A stretch of 63,030 nt of DNA, the filler included. It is 4 parts of 4 records of this genome, joined end to end, with 100 filler letters (N's around TTAATTAATTAA, not from the genome) between each part and the next. Parts side by side here need not be neighbours in the genome. Positions count along the whole stretch, not along the records: positions 10,587 to 26,193 come from SRR31156797_11465; positions 26,294 to 55,783 come from SRR31156797_11482; 2 more parts are not named here. One strand, written 5' to 3'. The position numbers and the translations under genes were made by a program. This document shows, one piece after another, positions 16,012-26,326 of this stretch (position 1 is its first letter; each line of letters starts with the position of its first letter). The notes beneath the pieces are model-generated. The model saw nothing but the letters and a program-made list of their open reading frames with translations, searched no databases and was not told the origin of the DNA.

Positions 16012-18537
16012 GTGCACTCTATGAGATTTCTATTGGCAGCTGTATTGTTTTTTCTTGTAGCCCAATTACAAGGACAAATTATTCAGGATTCAATTCACAA
16101 CAAAAAAAATGGATCGTCAATTCCTGATTCTTTGATGAACAAAGGAAATATAAGTGATCCGTTATATTTAATTAAAGGACGTGTGTCTGGATTAACAATG
16201 TCACGAGGAAGTGGGCATTCCATGAATTATGAATCTGTGTTTATTCGCGGATTGTCATCTAGAGGATGGAGCAGTACTCCATTATATGTTATTGACGGAA
16301 TACCTTTTGCAAGTCCGTATAATTTATTTCCTGAGGACATTAAATCATTTACTGTTTATAAAAATGTATCAAATACAGCTAAATACGGAATTTATGGTGG
16401 TAATGGAGTTATCGAAATCGAAACAAAGAATGTAAATGATAGCGCCTTTCATGTTTCCTACCATAGCATTCTTTCATTTGATGAGCCTTCGAACCGACTT
16501 GATTTGTTAGGTGCAAATGAATATAGAGCAAAGGTGGATGAATTTGACTGGAATGAATATTTTGATGACCTTGGAGGTAATACTGATTGGCAAAATGAAG
16601 CTTTTAGTCCGGTTGTCAGTCATCAACAAAACATTATTGTCAGTCAACAAGTAAAAAACACGAAATATCGTTTCTCTTTGAGTTTTATCGATCAGCCTGG
16701 ATTGTTAATTCGTTCGGGGAAGGAAAAAATTGGAGGAAACGGTTTTGTTAACCAATCATTATTGGACGACAAATTGAATATTAATTTCTCGTTTAACCTC
16801 TCCAGGCAAAATTACAAAGGCATATCATTAAATGATGCAGATATTGTACTGTATCAGGTTTACACAAGACTACCAACGAATCCAATTAATATGGATATGC
16901 CTGAATGGATTGACATATTCCATTCTCGTTTTGGCGAATTTGATCCAGTTACATTTATTAATTCGTACCAAAATAAAGAAAAAGAAGATCGCCAGTTATT
17001 TAACCTCAATTTAAACTATTCATTGAACGACGAGATCACATTTACTATATCTTCAGGATTTCAATCATTTGCACAAGAACGAGTTTTAAATCTCGAAGAA
17101 AGCTTAAATAATTATAGTATCAGATTCAATGAAATGGATCGACACATAACCGACGAGAACTATTACTTTTCCACTCGGGCTACATACCATAAAATATTAG
17201 ATCATTCAGTACTTGATTTATCGCTAAACTACAGTTATTTCAGGAATAATTATTTTGGTGATACTTTATTGTACACATACTATTACCAAAAAAACAGGGA
17301 AATAACAAACGCAATTGTAGGGAATATACAATACATGCATGAGACAGGGTTTAATTTTAACTGGACCAGCCGGTACGATAAACAAAATATTGAAACATCT
17401 GAATCATATCGAGACGAATACTGGAGCCATGGATTATCTTTGGGATGGAATATTAAAAAATTATCAATTTTAAAGAATATTGATAAACTTGACTATCTCA
17501 ATTTAAAATACAACATTGGTCATGCCTACAGCAAACCAATTCCCAATAGAACTAATTATAATGTCTATGGTTATCAGTTTTTTAGTGACTATTTACCCAC
17601 AAGTGAACAATCCTTTTCCTTAAAATCTTCAGCATTCAGCCATCGCTTAAATATAAGTTTTAATGTGTACAAGCGTGAGACAGTTAATACACACAACTTT
17701 AAAATATGGGCACTATATCATCCATATTACCTTCCCTATACATACACAGTAGAAAACAAAGGAATAGAACTTGATGTAAATTATTTAGTATTATCCAAAA
17801 AGCAAATTACTTGGCGTACAAACTTCAATTTTTTCAAAAACAAAAACATGGTTACCCGAACTGAGGGTGTTCTAATCCCAGAAATTTATTCTGAATTCGG
17901 AAACCAGATTCTTGAGGAAGGTTCTTCAATTTATACGTTTTATTTGCCTGATTTTGCACATACTTTTGATTTCTACATGTTCTTTTATGATGAAAATGGT
18001 GAAATAACAGAGGATGAGTGGGCGGCAAGGAAAGTACGAGCGTCCATATTTCCCGATTTTCAACTTGGTTGGCAAAACTATTTTACCTTAGGCCAATTTA
18101 GTTTATCATTTTCGATGCGATATGTACATGGTAACCATATATACAATTTCGACAGATATATTTTGAGTAAATATATGCTGACAGAAAACAATGTTCTTGC
18201 CAGCGAAATGGAAATTCCATTACATGAGATTATTGAATCAGATCTATATCTTGAAGATGCCTCTTATCTTAGATTAGACAACCTGACATTAGGTTATAAG
18301 TTCAGTTTTGAAAAATTCAATTTAAACAACTTTTTTGAGGTGTATATTGGCGCAAACAATTTGCTAACCCTAACTTACTTTGATGGATTGAATCCTGAAA
18401 TAGACTATGAACGGCCTATTTCCCCCACAGACTATTATGGCTATTCTTATTCATATGAGGATTGGACAGGCAATTCAACTACATCAGGGTATCCGGCTTT
18501 ACGATCTTATTTTGTTGGTGTAAAAGTTTATTTCTAG
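16012..18537 (+). CDS. SusC/RagA-like TonB-dependent outer membrane receptor (likely start ATG 16021)
   Basis: Signal peptide; plug motifs FIRG, PLYVIDG, AKYG..GGNGVIEIETK; NTDWQ, ENKGIEL, LEDASYLRL; C-terminal YP..RSYFVGVKVYF. Confidence 0.85.
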   Translation: MHSMRFLLAAVLFFLVAQLQGQIIQDSIHNKKNGSSIPDSLMNKGNISDPLYLIKGRVSGLTMSRGSGHSMNYESVFIRGLSSRGWSSTPLYVIDGIPFASPYNLFPEDIKSFTVYKNVSNTAKYGIYGGNGVIEIETKNVNDSAFHVSYHSILSFDEPSNRLDLLGANEYRAKVDEFDWNEYFDDLGGNTDWQNEAFSPVVSHQQNIIVSQQVKNTKYRFSLSFIDQPGLLIRSGKEKIGGNGFVNQSLLDDKLNINFSFNLSRQNYKGISLNDADIVLYQVYTRLPTNPINMDMPEWIDIFHSRFGEFDPVTFINSYQNKEKEDRQLFNLNLNYSLNDEITFTISSGFQSFAQERVLNLEESLNNYSIRFNEMDRHITDENYYFSTRATYHKILDHSVLDLSLNYSYFRNNYFGDTLLYTYYYQKNREITNAIVGNIQYMHETGFNFNWTSRYDKQNIETSESYRDEYWSHGLSLGWNIKKLSILKNIDKLDYLNLKYNIGHAYSKPIPNRTNYNVYGYQFFSDYLPTSEQSFSLKSSAFSHRLNISFNVYKRETVNTHNFKIWALYHPYYLPYTYTVENKGIELDVNYLVLSKKQITWRTNFNFFKNKNMVTRTEGVLIPEIYSEFGNQILEEGSSIYTFYLPDFAHTFDFYMFFYDENGEITEDEWAARKVRASIFPDFQLGWQNYFTLGQFSLSFSMRYVHGNHIYNFDRYILSKYMLTENNVLASEMEIPLHEIIESDLYLEDASYLRLDNLTLGYKFSFEKFNLNNFFEVYIGANNLLTLTYFDGLNPEIDYERPISPTDYYGYSYSYEDWTGNSTTSGYPALRSYFVGVKVYF

Positions 18538-18687
18538 AAAACAGCCTTACACAATGGCCGCAAAAGTGCTGATTTACTATACGTGTGTGCTATTAACCTT
18601 AAAATATATATTAAACCATTTTCTGGAAGGCAACGAATTAGCAAACTTTTTTTAAACCTTATTTTCTGATCATTGCACGTGGAAAAC

Positions 18688-18742
18688 ATTTCCGCGCGAT
18701 CTCTAGCCAAGCGGCAGACTCGCTTAAAGCGAGACCGCCGCT
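18688..18742. repeat. Palindromic repeat copy 2 (downstream of SusC-like gene)
   Basis: atttccgcgcgatc-N8-agcggcagactcgct taa agcgagaccgccgct. Confidence 0.75.
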
Positions 18743-18758
18743 ATGCATTATATTCTTT

Positions 18759-19892
18759 TTACATCAACCTCTCGGATTTTACATAATTCACATTCCGTTC
18801 CTTCAGATATGCTAAAATGTAATTGAAACACTTTTCATGTTTACCTATCAGTTCAGGAGGAAACATCCCTTTTTCATTAAATACTTTATTGAGAATCATG
18901 TCGGCAGCGGCCGTTGCTGTAAATCCTGTGGTGCGTGCCATGGATGAAATTTTTTCAGCCGGATCGTATTCATCATATAAATCATATACAATCTCTTTCT
19001 TCACACCATCTTCTTCGCCTTGAACTATTACGCGCATGATGGTAAACTCTTCATCTTCAGGGTTGAGTTTCCAGGCTTTGAATAAAATCTCAGATGTAAT
19101 GTCAAAAGGTACAAACTCCTGGCCTTTTACTTTTAACGGTTCCTGATCCAAAAAACCTGCAGCTTTAAGGGCTTGTATCATATTGATGTGTCCGGGAAAA
19201 CGAAGCGTCTTTTCCTTCATATTTGGAATATTCTTTAAAGTATAAATCAACGATCGTAACCCATCTGAATTAAAGGCTTCCAAAGTGCCTGTTTCTTCAA
19301 ACTCCATTAACTCAAGATCGCTCATGGCTGCTTTTACTACTATTTCGCCATTTTCAACAAACCGGGCAGGGCGTGTGTATTCTTCAATTACATCGCATGG
19401 CGAAAACGGAGCTTTGTACTGGAACGGAAAAATTCTGACTTTTGGTAAGCCGCCAACCATGTATTCGAAATTCTCAACTTTCATTCTTTCATTGTGATAA
19501 CCTGCTATGATATTTGGCATTCCTGGCGCAACTCCACAGTCCATAACGACTGTTACTCCATGCTTTTTTGCCATATCATCCAAATCTAAAACGCCTTCCG
19601 GGAGAAATGAAATATCTACCAAATCCTTCTTGTTTATAATCACGGTTTTCATGGTTTGCAAACCTAAAAATCCCGGCACTGCAGAAACAACAAGATCGAA
19701 ATCGCTTATTACTTTTGAGAGCGATGCCTCATTAGTTACATCTATAATTTCTGTTTCTATTGGATAATTATTAGATAGAAAATCTAGCGATTCTTTATCT
19801 ACATCTACAGATTTTACTTTATAATTTTTTGATAAGTCAATGGCCATAGCTTTACCTACCATGCCTGCACCTAGTATGATAATTTTTTTCAT
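18759..19892 (-). CDS. Saccharopine dehydrogenase / lysine 6-dehydrogenase family protein
   Basis: Rossmann ILGAGMVG; DCGVAPG; EEYTRPAR; LEAFNSDGLRSL; EKTLRFPGH; SMARTTG. Confidence 0.85.
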   Translation of the reverse strand: MKKIIILGAGMVGKAMAIDLSKNYKVKSVDVDKESLDFLSNNYPIETEIIDVTNEASLSKVISDFDLVVSAVPGFLGLQTMKTVIINKKDLVDISFLPEGVLDLDDMAKKHGVTVVMDCGVAPGMPNIIAGYHNERMKVENFEYMVGGLPKVRIFPFQYKAPFSPCDVIEEYTRPARFVENGEIVVKAAMSDLELMEFEETGTLEAFNSDGLRSLIYTLKNIPNMKEKTLRFPGHINMIQALKAAGFLDQEPLKVKGQEFVPFDITSEILFKAWKLNPEDEEFTIMRVIVQGEEDGVKKEIVYDLYDEYDPAEKISSMARTTGFTATAAADMILNKVFNEKGMFPPELIGKHEKCFNYILAYLKERNVNYVKSERLM

Positions 19893-20083
19893 ATTATTAA
19901 GATTAATTGTTTGAAATAAAAAGTGTTGTGATAAATATTGTCAATTGTACAGGTAGGTATTACAATCCGTTGAATCGGTTAAGGAAGGTGACGGTATTTC
20001 TTTTTTGAATTGGCATCACTACCAAAGTTATGAAATAAATTGCAGGTAATTCGTTATTGTTGTATTTTTGATTAAAATACATT

Positions 20084-20389
20084 ATGCATAAGCTAATAAA
20101 AGAAAATATCGATAAAATTGAGCAGTTGTGTCGCACACACAATGTGAAAACCTTGTTTGTTTTTGGATCCATATGTACGGATGAATTCAAAGAAACAAGT
20201 GATGTCGATTTTTTAATCTCAATTGATACTGATGATTTTGGTGAGTATGCGGATACGTATTTTAATATTGCTCATGAATTAGAAAATATTCTTCAACGAC
20301 CGGTAGATTTGGTTACAGATAAATCTCTTTCAAATCCTTATTTTATTCAATCTCTAAATCAAACAAAAACACTGATTTATGCAGCTTGA
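20084..20389 (+). CDS. MNT nucleotidyltransferase antitoxin (MntA-like)
   Basis: GS-X10-DXD motif (FGSICTDEFKETSDVD), RPVDLV; overlaps the HEPN gene. Confidence 0.88.
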   Translation: MHKLIKENIDKIEQLCRTHNVKTLFVFGSICTDEFKETSDVDFLISIDTDDFGEYADTYFNIAHELENILQRPVDLVTDKSLSNPYFIQSLNQTKTLIYAA

Positions 20390-20717
20390 TATTAAAAAGT
20401 ACCTTTATGATATTAATGAGAGCATTCTTTCAATTGAAAACTTTTTGAAAGGAAATAAAGATTTTACATCATACGAATCAAATAAAATGTTGAGAAGAGC
20501 TGTTGAAAGAGAGTTTGAGATCATTGGTGAGGCGATGAATAGAATTAATAAACTAGATGATTCTATCTCTATTTCAAGCAAGATGTACATTATCGGTATG
20601 CGAAATCGTGTTATCCATGCTTATGATAAAATTGACAATGCCATCATTTGGGGTACAATTATTCGACACCTTCCAAAACTGAAGTTAGAGATTGAGCAGT
20701 TGCTTGATGAGGATTAA
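20379..20717 (+). CDS. HEPN/DUF86 RNase toxin (HepT-like)
   Basis: AVEREFEIIGEA; RX4HXY motif RNRVIHAY. Confidence 0.88.
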   Translation: MQLDIKKYLYDINESILSIENFLKGNKDFTSYESNKMLRRAVEREFEIIGEAMNRINKLDDSISISSKMYIIGMRNRVIHAYDKIDNAIIWGTIIRHLPKLKLEIEQLLDED

Positions 20718-20791
20718 TAATAAAATATTTCACCTTCCATCCTAAAAATTCCGCTCTCCGAGAGAACAACCTATTCATTTCTCACCTAAAT

Positions 20792-21412
20792 TTGCTCAAC
20801 TTATTTTTAAACAACTTTATGAGTATAGTGCGCAAAGTCCGTGCTGTTGAAAAGTTATTCAAAACACTGGAAAAAGATATCCAATCTTTACAATCCCAAT
20901 CCCAAATTTCTTGCATCGAAAACTGCATTAAATGCTGTACAACTTCCAAAATTATGGCTACGTCACTGGAATTTTATCCATTGGCTTATTATTTATTCAA
21001 AATAGGGAAGGCTGAATTGTATTTGTCTAAAATTGAGCAAGATAACAATAACTCTATTTGTCCCATACTTAATAATCTGGTAGTGCCGAATCAAAGACTT
21101 GGCTGCGGCCTTTATGAGCAAAGAGGCATGATTTGCAGATTGTTTACGTACAACTATATTGTGAATAAATATGGTCAGCGAAAAATTGCTGCATGCAAAC
21201 CTATCGTGATAACTCAACCTGAGCAGGTTAATAAAGCAAATGAGTTGCTTGCACTAAATCCATTGGGGCCAAAAGCATCAGATTATTATTCGCAATTGCG
21301 GTATATTGATTTCTGGAATGGTTCTCAGTTGTATCCAATCGCACAAGCCATTCAAATTGCAATTGAAGCCATCCTGACAGATTCACGCTACAGAGGCAAA
21401 AAAGCTGGGTAG
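20792..21412 (+). CDS. YkgJ-family Cys-rich Zn/Fe-chelating protein (likely start ATG 20819)
   Basis: CIENCIKCC, CP, CGLYEQRGMICRLF. Confidence 0.8.
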   Translation: MLNLFLNNFMSIVRKVRAVEKLFKTLEKDIQSLQSQSQISCIENCIKCCTTSKIMATSLEFYPLAYYLFKIGKAELYLSKIEQDNNNSICPILNNLVVPNQRLGCGLYEQRGMICRLFTYNYIVNKYGQRKIAACKPIVITQPEQVNKANELLALNPLGPKASDYYSQLRYIDFWNGSQLYPIAQAIQIAIEAILTDSRYRGKKAG

Positions 21413-21629
21413 GTTGAGTGAGTGCTTTAAAGTTCATTGCCCACCTCATTTACTAAGCTAATGAATCAAAACACATAATCGCAGACGCGTCATCACGAAG
21501 GCGAAGCCTGAAGTGATCTGTTCTAATAACTTGTACAATTAATTAGAACGGCGCGTTTTCAAATTTTGGGTTGTCATTTTAAACAAGGCGTTCTCTCTTT
21601 GAGAGGGCTAGGGTGAGGTGTTCTTACTT

Positions 21630-22232
21630 TTACGAAAACCACCTCTCATAATCCTCCCTGCTATTAATATTAACCACAATTTTCTCATCTTCGATTGGAA
21701 GTCGTAATGATGGGAATTGCTGCATGAATTGTTTGAAGTGTGTTTGAGGATCTTTTTCATGAATCGCTTCAGCTAAAATTTTCTCGGAAGCCAGAAAAGG
21801 GTGCCCTCCTTTGCCTTTAAATGTGGGGATAATATAATCTGCTGTAGAGCTTTTTTCTGCTAACATGTTTAATGTTTCCTTTTTTGTGAAAGGGTTGTCA
21901 ATATTCTGAATAAAAGTGCGTTGTGGTTTGCTCATTGCTTTTGCTGCCAAATGCAATGAGTAAAATTTCTGCCATTCGGGATGTGGATTGATAATCAATT
22001 TTGCATCATGCAGTTTAAGGTTTTGGTTCTCCATTAATTGAATCACACTTTCATTCACCACAATATAAATTTCTTCACAACCAAAATCTTTATAGACATG
22101 AATTATATGTTCGATGAAAGTCAGCTCTTTATCATAAGGAAGCAATAACTTTGGACTTCCCATGCGGGTGCTTAGTCCTGCTGCTAAAATGATGGCAGAA
22201 AATTTTTTGCTATCAGTGCGGTTGTTTGTCAT
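21630..22232 (-). CDS. Molybdenum cofactor cytidylyltransferase-like (MocA/MobA-family NTP transferase)
   Basis: IILAAGLSTRMGSPKLLL, GKGGHP, NINSREDY; lies near xdhAB and ygfK. Confidence 0.8.
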   Translation of the reverse strand: MTNNRTDSKKFSAIILAAGLSTRMGSPKLLLPYDKELTFIEHIIHVYKDFGCEEIYIVVNESVIQLMENQNLKLHDAKLIINPHPEWQKFYSLHLAAKAMSKPQRTFIQNIDNPFTKKETLNMLAEKSSTADYIIPTFKGKGGHPFLASEKILAEAIHEKDPQTHFKQFMQQFPSLRLPIEDEKIVVNINSREDYERWFS

Positions 22233-22632
22233 ATTTTCCTGAAAAAGTACTTTAGATGCATTGATTAATCACAAAAATATTAATTTATTTAGGATTTGTG
22301 TATTTTTAACTCGCATTGTTCATCAAGTTAAATAACGATGAACATAAATGCGAGTTATCCCGATTTAGCCGAACTCAATTTTAAATTAAAATTGATAGTG
22401 AGACTTAGTCGCTGTCGGAAACAGGGATTATTCAAGAGAATAATTCGGATTAAGGTTCAATAAATTTGAGACATGGTTTACTTATAAAAACAAACTTGTT
22501 TGTTTTTAAATCCGTGAAAATCAATTAGGGAACTTTTAATAGTTGCAATTAATTATAAACCCTTTATTTATTTTCAATGGAAACGAGTTAATCCGTTAAT
22601 CCTGTTTAATCCGTGTTCTAAATATATTAATT

Positions 22633-25600
22633 ATGTCAGATAGATTTCATCCCATTAGCCTAAAGCATTTGCTTACAAATATTACAGCAGAATTAGAGAA
22701 GTACCAGACATTTTATGGTATTCCTCAGGAATTATCATATAATCCGTCAGAGTATTCGGCTTTTAATCAGAACATATTCTGCCAAACCATTGATACACCT
22801 GTTGGTGTGGCAGCTGGACCGCATTCTCAACTGGCGCAGAATATCATTGGATCATGGATGATGGGTGCTCGTTATATTGAGCTGAAAACAGTACAAACTT
22901 TGGATGAAATTGAAGTGGCAAAGCCATGTATCGACATGCAGGATGAAGGATACAATTGTGAATGGTCGCAGGAACTGAAAATCAAAGAGAGTTTCAATGA
23001 ATATCTGAATGCATGGATTGCAGTGCATTATTTGAATCACAAACTTCATGGCGACAGACCGCTGAATACCATTTTCAATATGAGTGTGGGGTACAACCTC
23101 GAAGGTATAATGAATGAGAATGTGCAGTGGTTTTTTGCTAAAATGAAAGATTGTGCTGCGGAGCTAAAAGCAAAAATTGATGAGATAAAAGCGGATTTTC
23201 CTGAAGTTGCTCTCTTAAATATTCCATCCCGCATTTCAGATAATATCACTTTATCGACCATGCATGGATGTCCTGCCGATGAAATTCAGGATATTGGTAT
23301 GTATCTGCTTAAAGAGCAAAAGCTACATACATTTATTAAGTTGAATCCTACGTTGTTGGGCCCACTTGAGTTACGTAAGATATTGAATCAAACCAGTAAT
23401 TTCAAGTCGGTGATTCCTGATCAGGCATTTGAGCACGATTTGAAATATCCTCAAGCATTGGAGATTATCAAAGCCTTGGGCGATGAGGCTAAGCGACAAG
23501 CTTTAGAATTTGGACTAAAGTTAACTAACACACTGGAGACGCAGAATTTCAAAGATACATTCGGCGACGATGTGGATATGATGTACATGAGTGGTCGCTC
23601 TTTGCATCCACTTACCGTGAATATTGCGCGTAAGTTGCAGAATGATTTTGATGGACAATTACAACTAAGCTTTTCCGGTGGTGCCGATGCATTTAATGTT
23701 TCAGATGTACTAGCTGCTGGTTTTAAAACCGTAACGGTAAGTTCTGACCTATTAAAACCGGGCGGCTATATGCGTTTAAGTCAATATTTTGAAGAGATGC
23801 AAAAGCGGTTCAAAGCAGAGTCCGCTAACAATATCAATGAGTTTATTGAAAAAATGGGCGGCTCAACTGACTTAAAAACAGCAACTCATAACAATTTGCA
23901 AAAATATGCTGATCAGGTTTTAACTGATAATCGTTATCAGCGAACACGCATACAAGACCCTAGTATAAAAACTGATCGCGAATTGGGAATGTTCGATTGT
24001 ATTGCAGCACCTTGTCGTGAGACGTGTGCGACTAATCAGGATATTCCAGATTATTTATATTACACAGCAAAAGGAGAGTTTGATAAAGCATACGAAGTAA
24101 TTCTCAGACGTAATCCTTTCCCATCTATAACCGGAATGGTTTGTGATCACCTTTGTCAGAATAAATGTACACGCATTAACTATGATAATTCATTGCTAAT
24201 TCGCGAGGTGAAACGATTTATTTCTGAGCAGGATGAAGTAAAGCTTACCCCAAGATCTTCTAACGGAGTAAAAGTGGGGGTAATTGGTGCAGGACCTGCA
24301 GGATTGTCTGCGGCATATTATTTGGCAATGGCTGGTTTCAAAGTTGAGGTTTTTGAACGTAATACTAAAGCTGGTGGAATGGTTCAATACGCTATTCCTG
24401 GTTTCCGATTAACAGATGAGGCTATCGAGAAGGATTTTAAACGTGTGACTGATTTAGGAGTAGAGGTGCATTATGAGCAGAATGTGGATAAAGCCAAATT
24501 TGAAGAGATTAATAAGAACTTTGATTACATATTCATCGGAGCAGGAGCACAGCTTTCCAAACCCATGAAAATGGAGGGAATTGAGTCGAAAGGTGTAATT
24601 GAACCATTACAATTTTTATTTGATGTGAAAGAGGGTGTAAAAAGTCAGGCAGGAAATAATATTGTAATCATTGGAGGTGGAAATACTGCCATGGATGCGG
24701 CACGAACTGCTTATCGTGTGGTGGGGGAAAATGGAAAAGTGACCGTCGTGTATCGTCGCACCATAGATCAAATGCCAGCTGACCAGGGAGAAATCAAAGC
24801 CGTGTTGGAAGAAGGTATTGAGGTGATTGAATTGGCCGGACCTGAAAAAGTGGTGGTTGAGAATGGTGAAGTGAAGGCATTGCTGGTTAGTCGCATGGAG
24901 TTGAAGGAGAGTGATAGTTCAGGCAGACCTCGTCCGGTAAAAATTGAAAATTCAGAGTTTGAAATACCTTGTGATACCATTATTCCGGCTATAGGTCAGG
25001 ATTTGGATATAGATTTTATTTCAAATGATTTGCTGAAAACTAAGTCTGGCACCTATAAAACTCAGGAAGAACAAATCTACATTGGAGGAGATGCTTTACG
25101 CGGTGCTTCAACAGCTATAAATGCTATTGGTGATGGTCGTAAGGCAGCTGCTGAAATTATGTCGCAAGCGCATATCGATTTCCAAATTGATTTACCTAAA
25201 GAAAAGTCATACGATAAAAAAGAGCTGATGCTCAAGAAAGCAAAACGCGCTTATGCACCTGCATTGAAAGAACTGGCTATTGATGATCGTAAGAATTTTA
25301 AGTTGGTAGCTGAAACATTAGATGAGAAAACGATTCAAGCGGAGGCTGATCGCTGTTTGCAATGTGATGAGATTTGTAATGTGTGTACTACTGTATGTCC
25401 TAACTTTGCCAACTTCGGTTATGAGATAAAGCCTATTCATTATGATTTACAAAAGATAAAAGTAGACATTGATGGTTCTATTTCTTATCCGGAAGCTGAA
25501 GTGTTTAAAGTAGAGCAGAAATACCAGATATTAAACATAGCCAATTACTGTAACGAATGTGGTAACTGTACAACCTTCTGTCCAACTAAAGGCGCCCCTT

Positions 25601-25908
25601 ACAAGGAAAAACCACACATTTATGTGACACGAGCAGCTTTTGACGCTACTGATGAAGGTTATTACCTAAACAAAAAGGCTGGAGAACTAATCCTGCTGAA
25701 TAAAGATGGTGGGAAGCTTATTTCTTTAACGGATAAAGGAAATAGCTATCAGTATGAAACTGATTTGCTATGTGTTGAATTGGATAAAACTAATTTTAGG
25801 GTGGTTAGTATTAACTTAAAATCAACCACCTCACAGCAAATTTCAATTCGCAAAGCTGCAGAGATGAGTGTGATTTTGGAAGGTGCGAAGCAGTTGGAAT
25901 ATGAATAG
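22633..25908 (+). CDS. ygfK: YgfK-like Fe-S flavoprotein oxidoreductase (putative selenate reductase subunit family)
   Basis: GVAAGPHSQLAQNI, ELKTVQ, TLSTMHGCP, KLNPTLLG, KLTNT, GAGPAG, GGGNTAMD, CNVCTTVCPN, CNECGNCTTFCP. Confidence 0.88.
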   Translation: MSDRFHPISLKHLLTNITAELEKYQTFYGIPQELSYNPSEYSAFNQNIFCQTIDTPVGVAAGPHSQLAQNIIGSWMMGARYIELKTVQTLDEIEVAKPCIDMQDEGYNCEWSQELKIKESFNEYLNAWIAVHYLNHKLHGDRPLNTIFNMSVGYNLEGIMNENVQWFFAKMKDCAAELKAKIDEIKADFPEVALLNIPSRISDNITLSTMHGCPADEIQDIGMYLLKEQKLHTFIKLNPTLLGPLELRKILNQTSNFKSVIPDQAFEHDLKYPQALEIIKALGDEAKRQALEFGLKLTNTLETQNFKDTFGDDVDMMYMSGRSLHPLTVNIARKLQNDFDGQLQLSFSGGADAFNVSDVLAAGFKTVTVSSDLLKPGGYMRLSQYFEEMQKRFKAESANNINEFIEKMGGSTDLKTATHNNLQKYADQVLTDNRYQRTRIQDPSIKTDRELGMFDCIAAPCRETCATNQDIPDYLYYTAKGEFDKAYEVILRRNPFPSITGMVCDHLCQNKCTRINYDNSLLIREVKRFISEQDEVKLTPRSSNGVKVGVIGAGPAGLSAAYYLAMAGFKVEVFERNTKAGGMVQYAIPGFRLTDEAIEKDFKRVTDLGVEVHYEQNVDKAKFEEINKNFDYIFIGAGAQLSKPMKMEGIESKGVIEPLQFLFDVKEGVKSQAGNNIVIIGGGNTAMDAARTAYRVVGENGKVTVVYRRTIDQMPADQGEIKAVLEEGIEVIELAGPEKVVVENGEVKALLVSRMELKESDSSGRPRPVKIENSEFEIPCDTIIPAIGQDLDIDFISNDLLKTKSGTYKTQEEQIYIGGDALRGASTAINAIGDGRKAAAEIMSQAHIDFQIDLPKEKSYDKKELMLKKAKRAYAPALKELAIDDRKNFKLVAETLDEKTIQAEADRCLQCDEICNVCTTVCPNFANFGYEIKPIHYDLQKIKVDIDGSISYPEAEVFKVEQKYQILNIANYCNECGNCTTFCPTKGAPYKEKPHIYVTRAAFDATDEGYYLNKKAGELILLNKDGGKLISLTDKGNSYQYETDLLCVELDKTNFRVVSINLKSTTSQQISIRKAAEMSVILEGAKQLEYE

Positions 25909-26193
25909 ATGTTGGATCTAAGATGTAGGATTTTAGATATTCGAAAAAATAAGAAACTTTAATGTTGCCATTTTTGCCCTGAAAGCGCATTGGCATTAGC
26001 ACAGGGCAGCGCCCTGTGGTTTTTAATCCTAGCGTGATATTGTCCTGAAGGGGCAATAGAAATAGTTTTCTTTTCTCATTAATGCAGTGCGTAGATATAG
26101 GAGAAGGTCAGGCAGAAGGGATCATTTCAGTACCCAAGTTCTAATATTTAATATCTAGTATCTGATCCAAGATCTATTATCCAAGATCCAAGA
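25906..26193. repeat. Inverted heptamer tracts flanking REP-like hairpins
   Basis: tagatgt/tggatct/aagatgt/aggattt/tagatat at 25906-25940; tctaata/tttaata/tctagta...tccaaga/tctatta/tccaaga/tccaaga at the contig end; hairpin cacagggc-agc-gccctgtg between them. Confidence 0.55.
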
Positions 26194-26293
26194 NNNNNNN
26201 NNNNNNNNNNNNNNNNNNNNNNNNNNNNNNNNNNNNNTTAATTAATTAANNNNNNNNNNNNNNNNNNNNNNNNNNNNNNNNNNNNNNNNNNNN
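26194..26293. other. Artificial contig spacer
   Basis: N-run + TTAATTAATTAA + N-run, 100 nt. Confidence 0.98.
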
Positions 26294-26318
26294 ATCCGAT
26301 GACTTTGAGTCATCGGAT
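26294..26318. repeat. Palindrome at contig start (REP/terminator-like)
   Basis: atccgatgact ttg agtcatcggat, perfect 11-bp stem just downstream of the minus-strand operon. Confidence 0.6.
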
Positions 26319-26326
26319 GAATTATT

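Noticed and set aside
12337-25908. Selenocysteine (UGA) recoding in xdhB or ygfK
   Set aside because: Both ORFs are full length with no in-frame UGA at a catalytic position; the xdhB TGA is immediately followed by TAA
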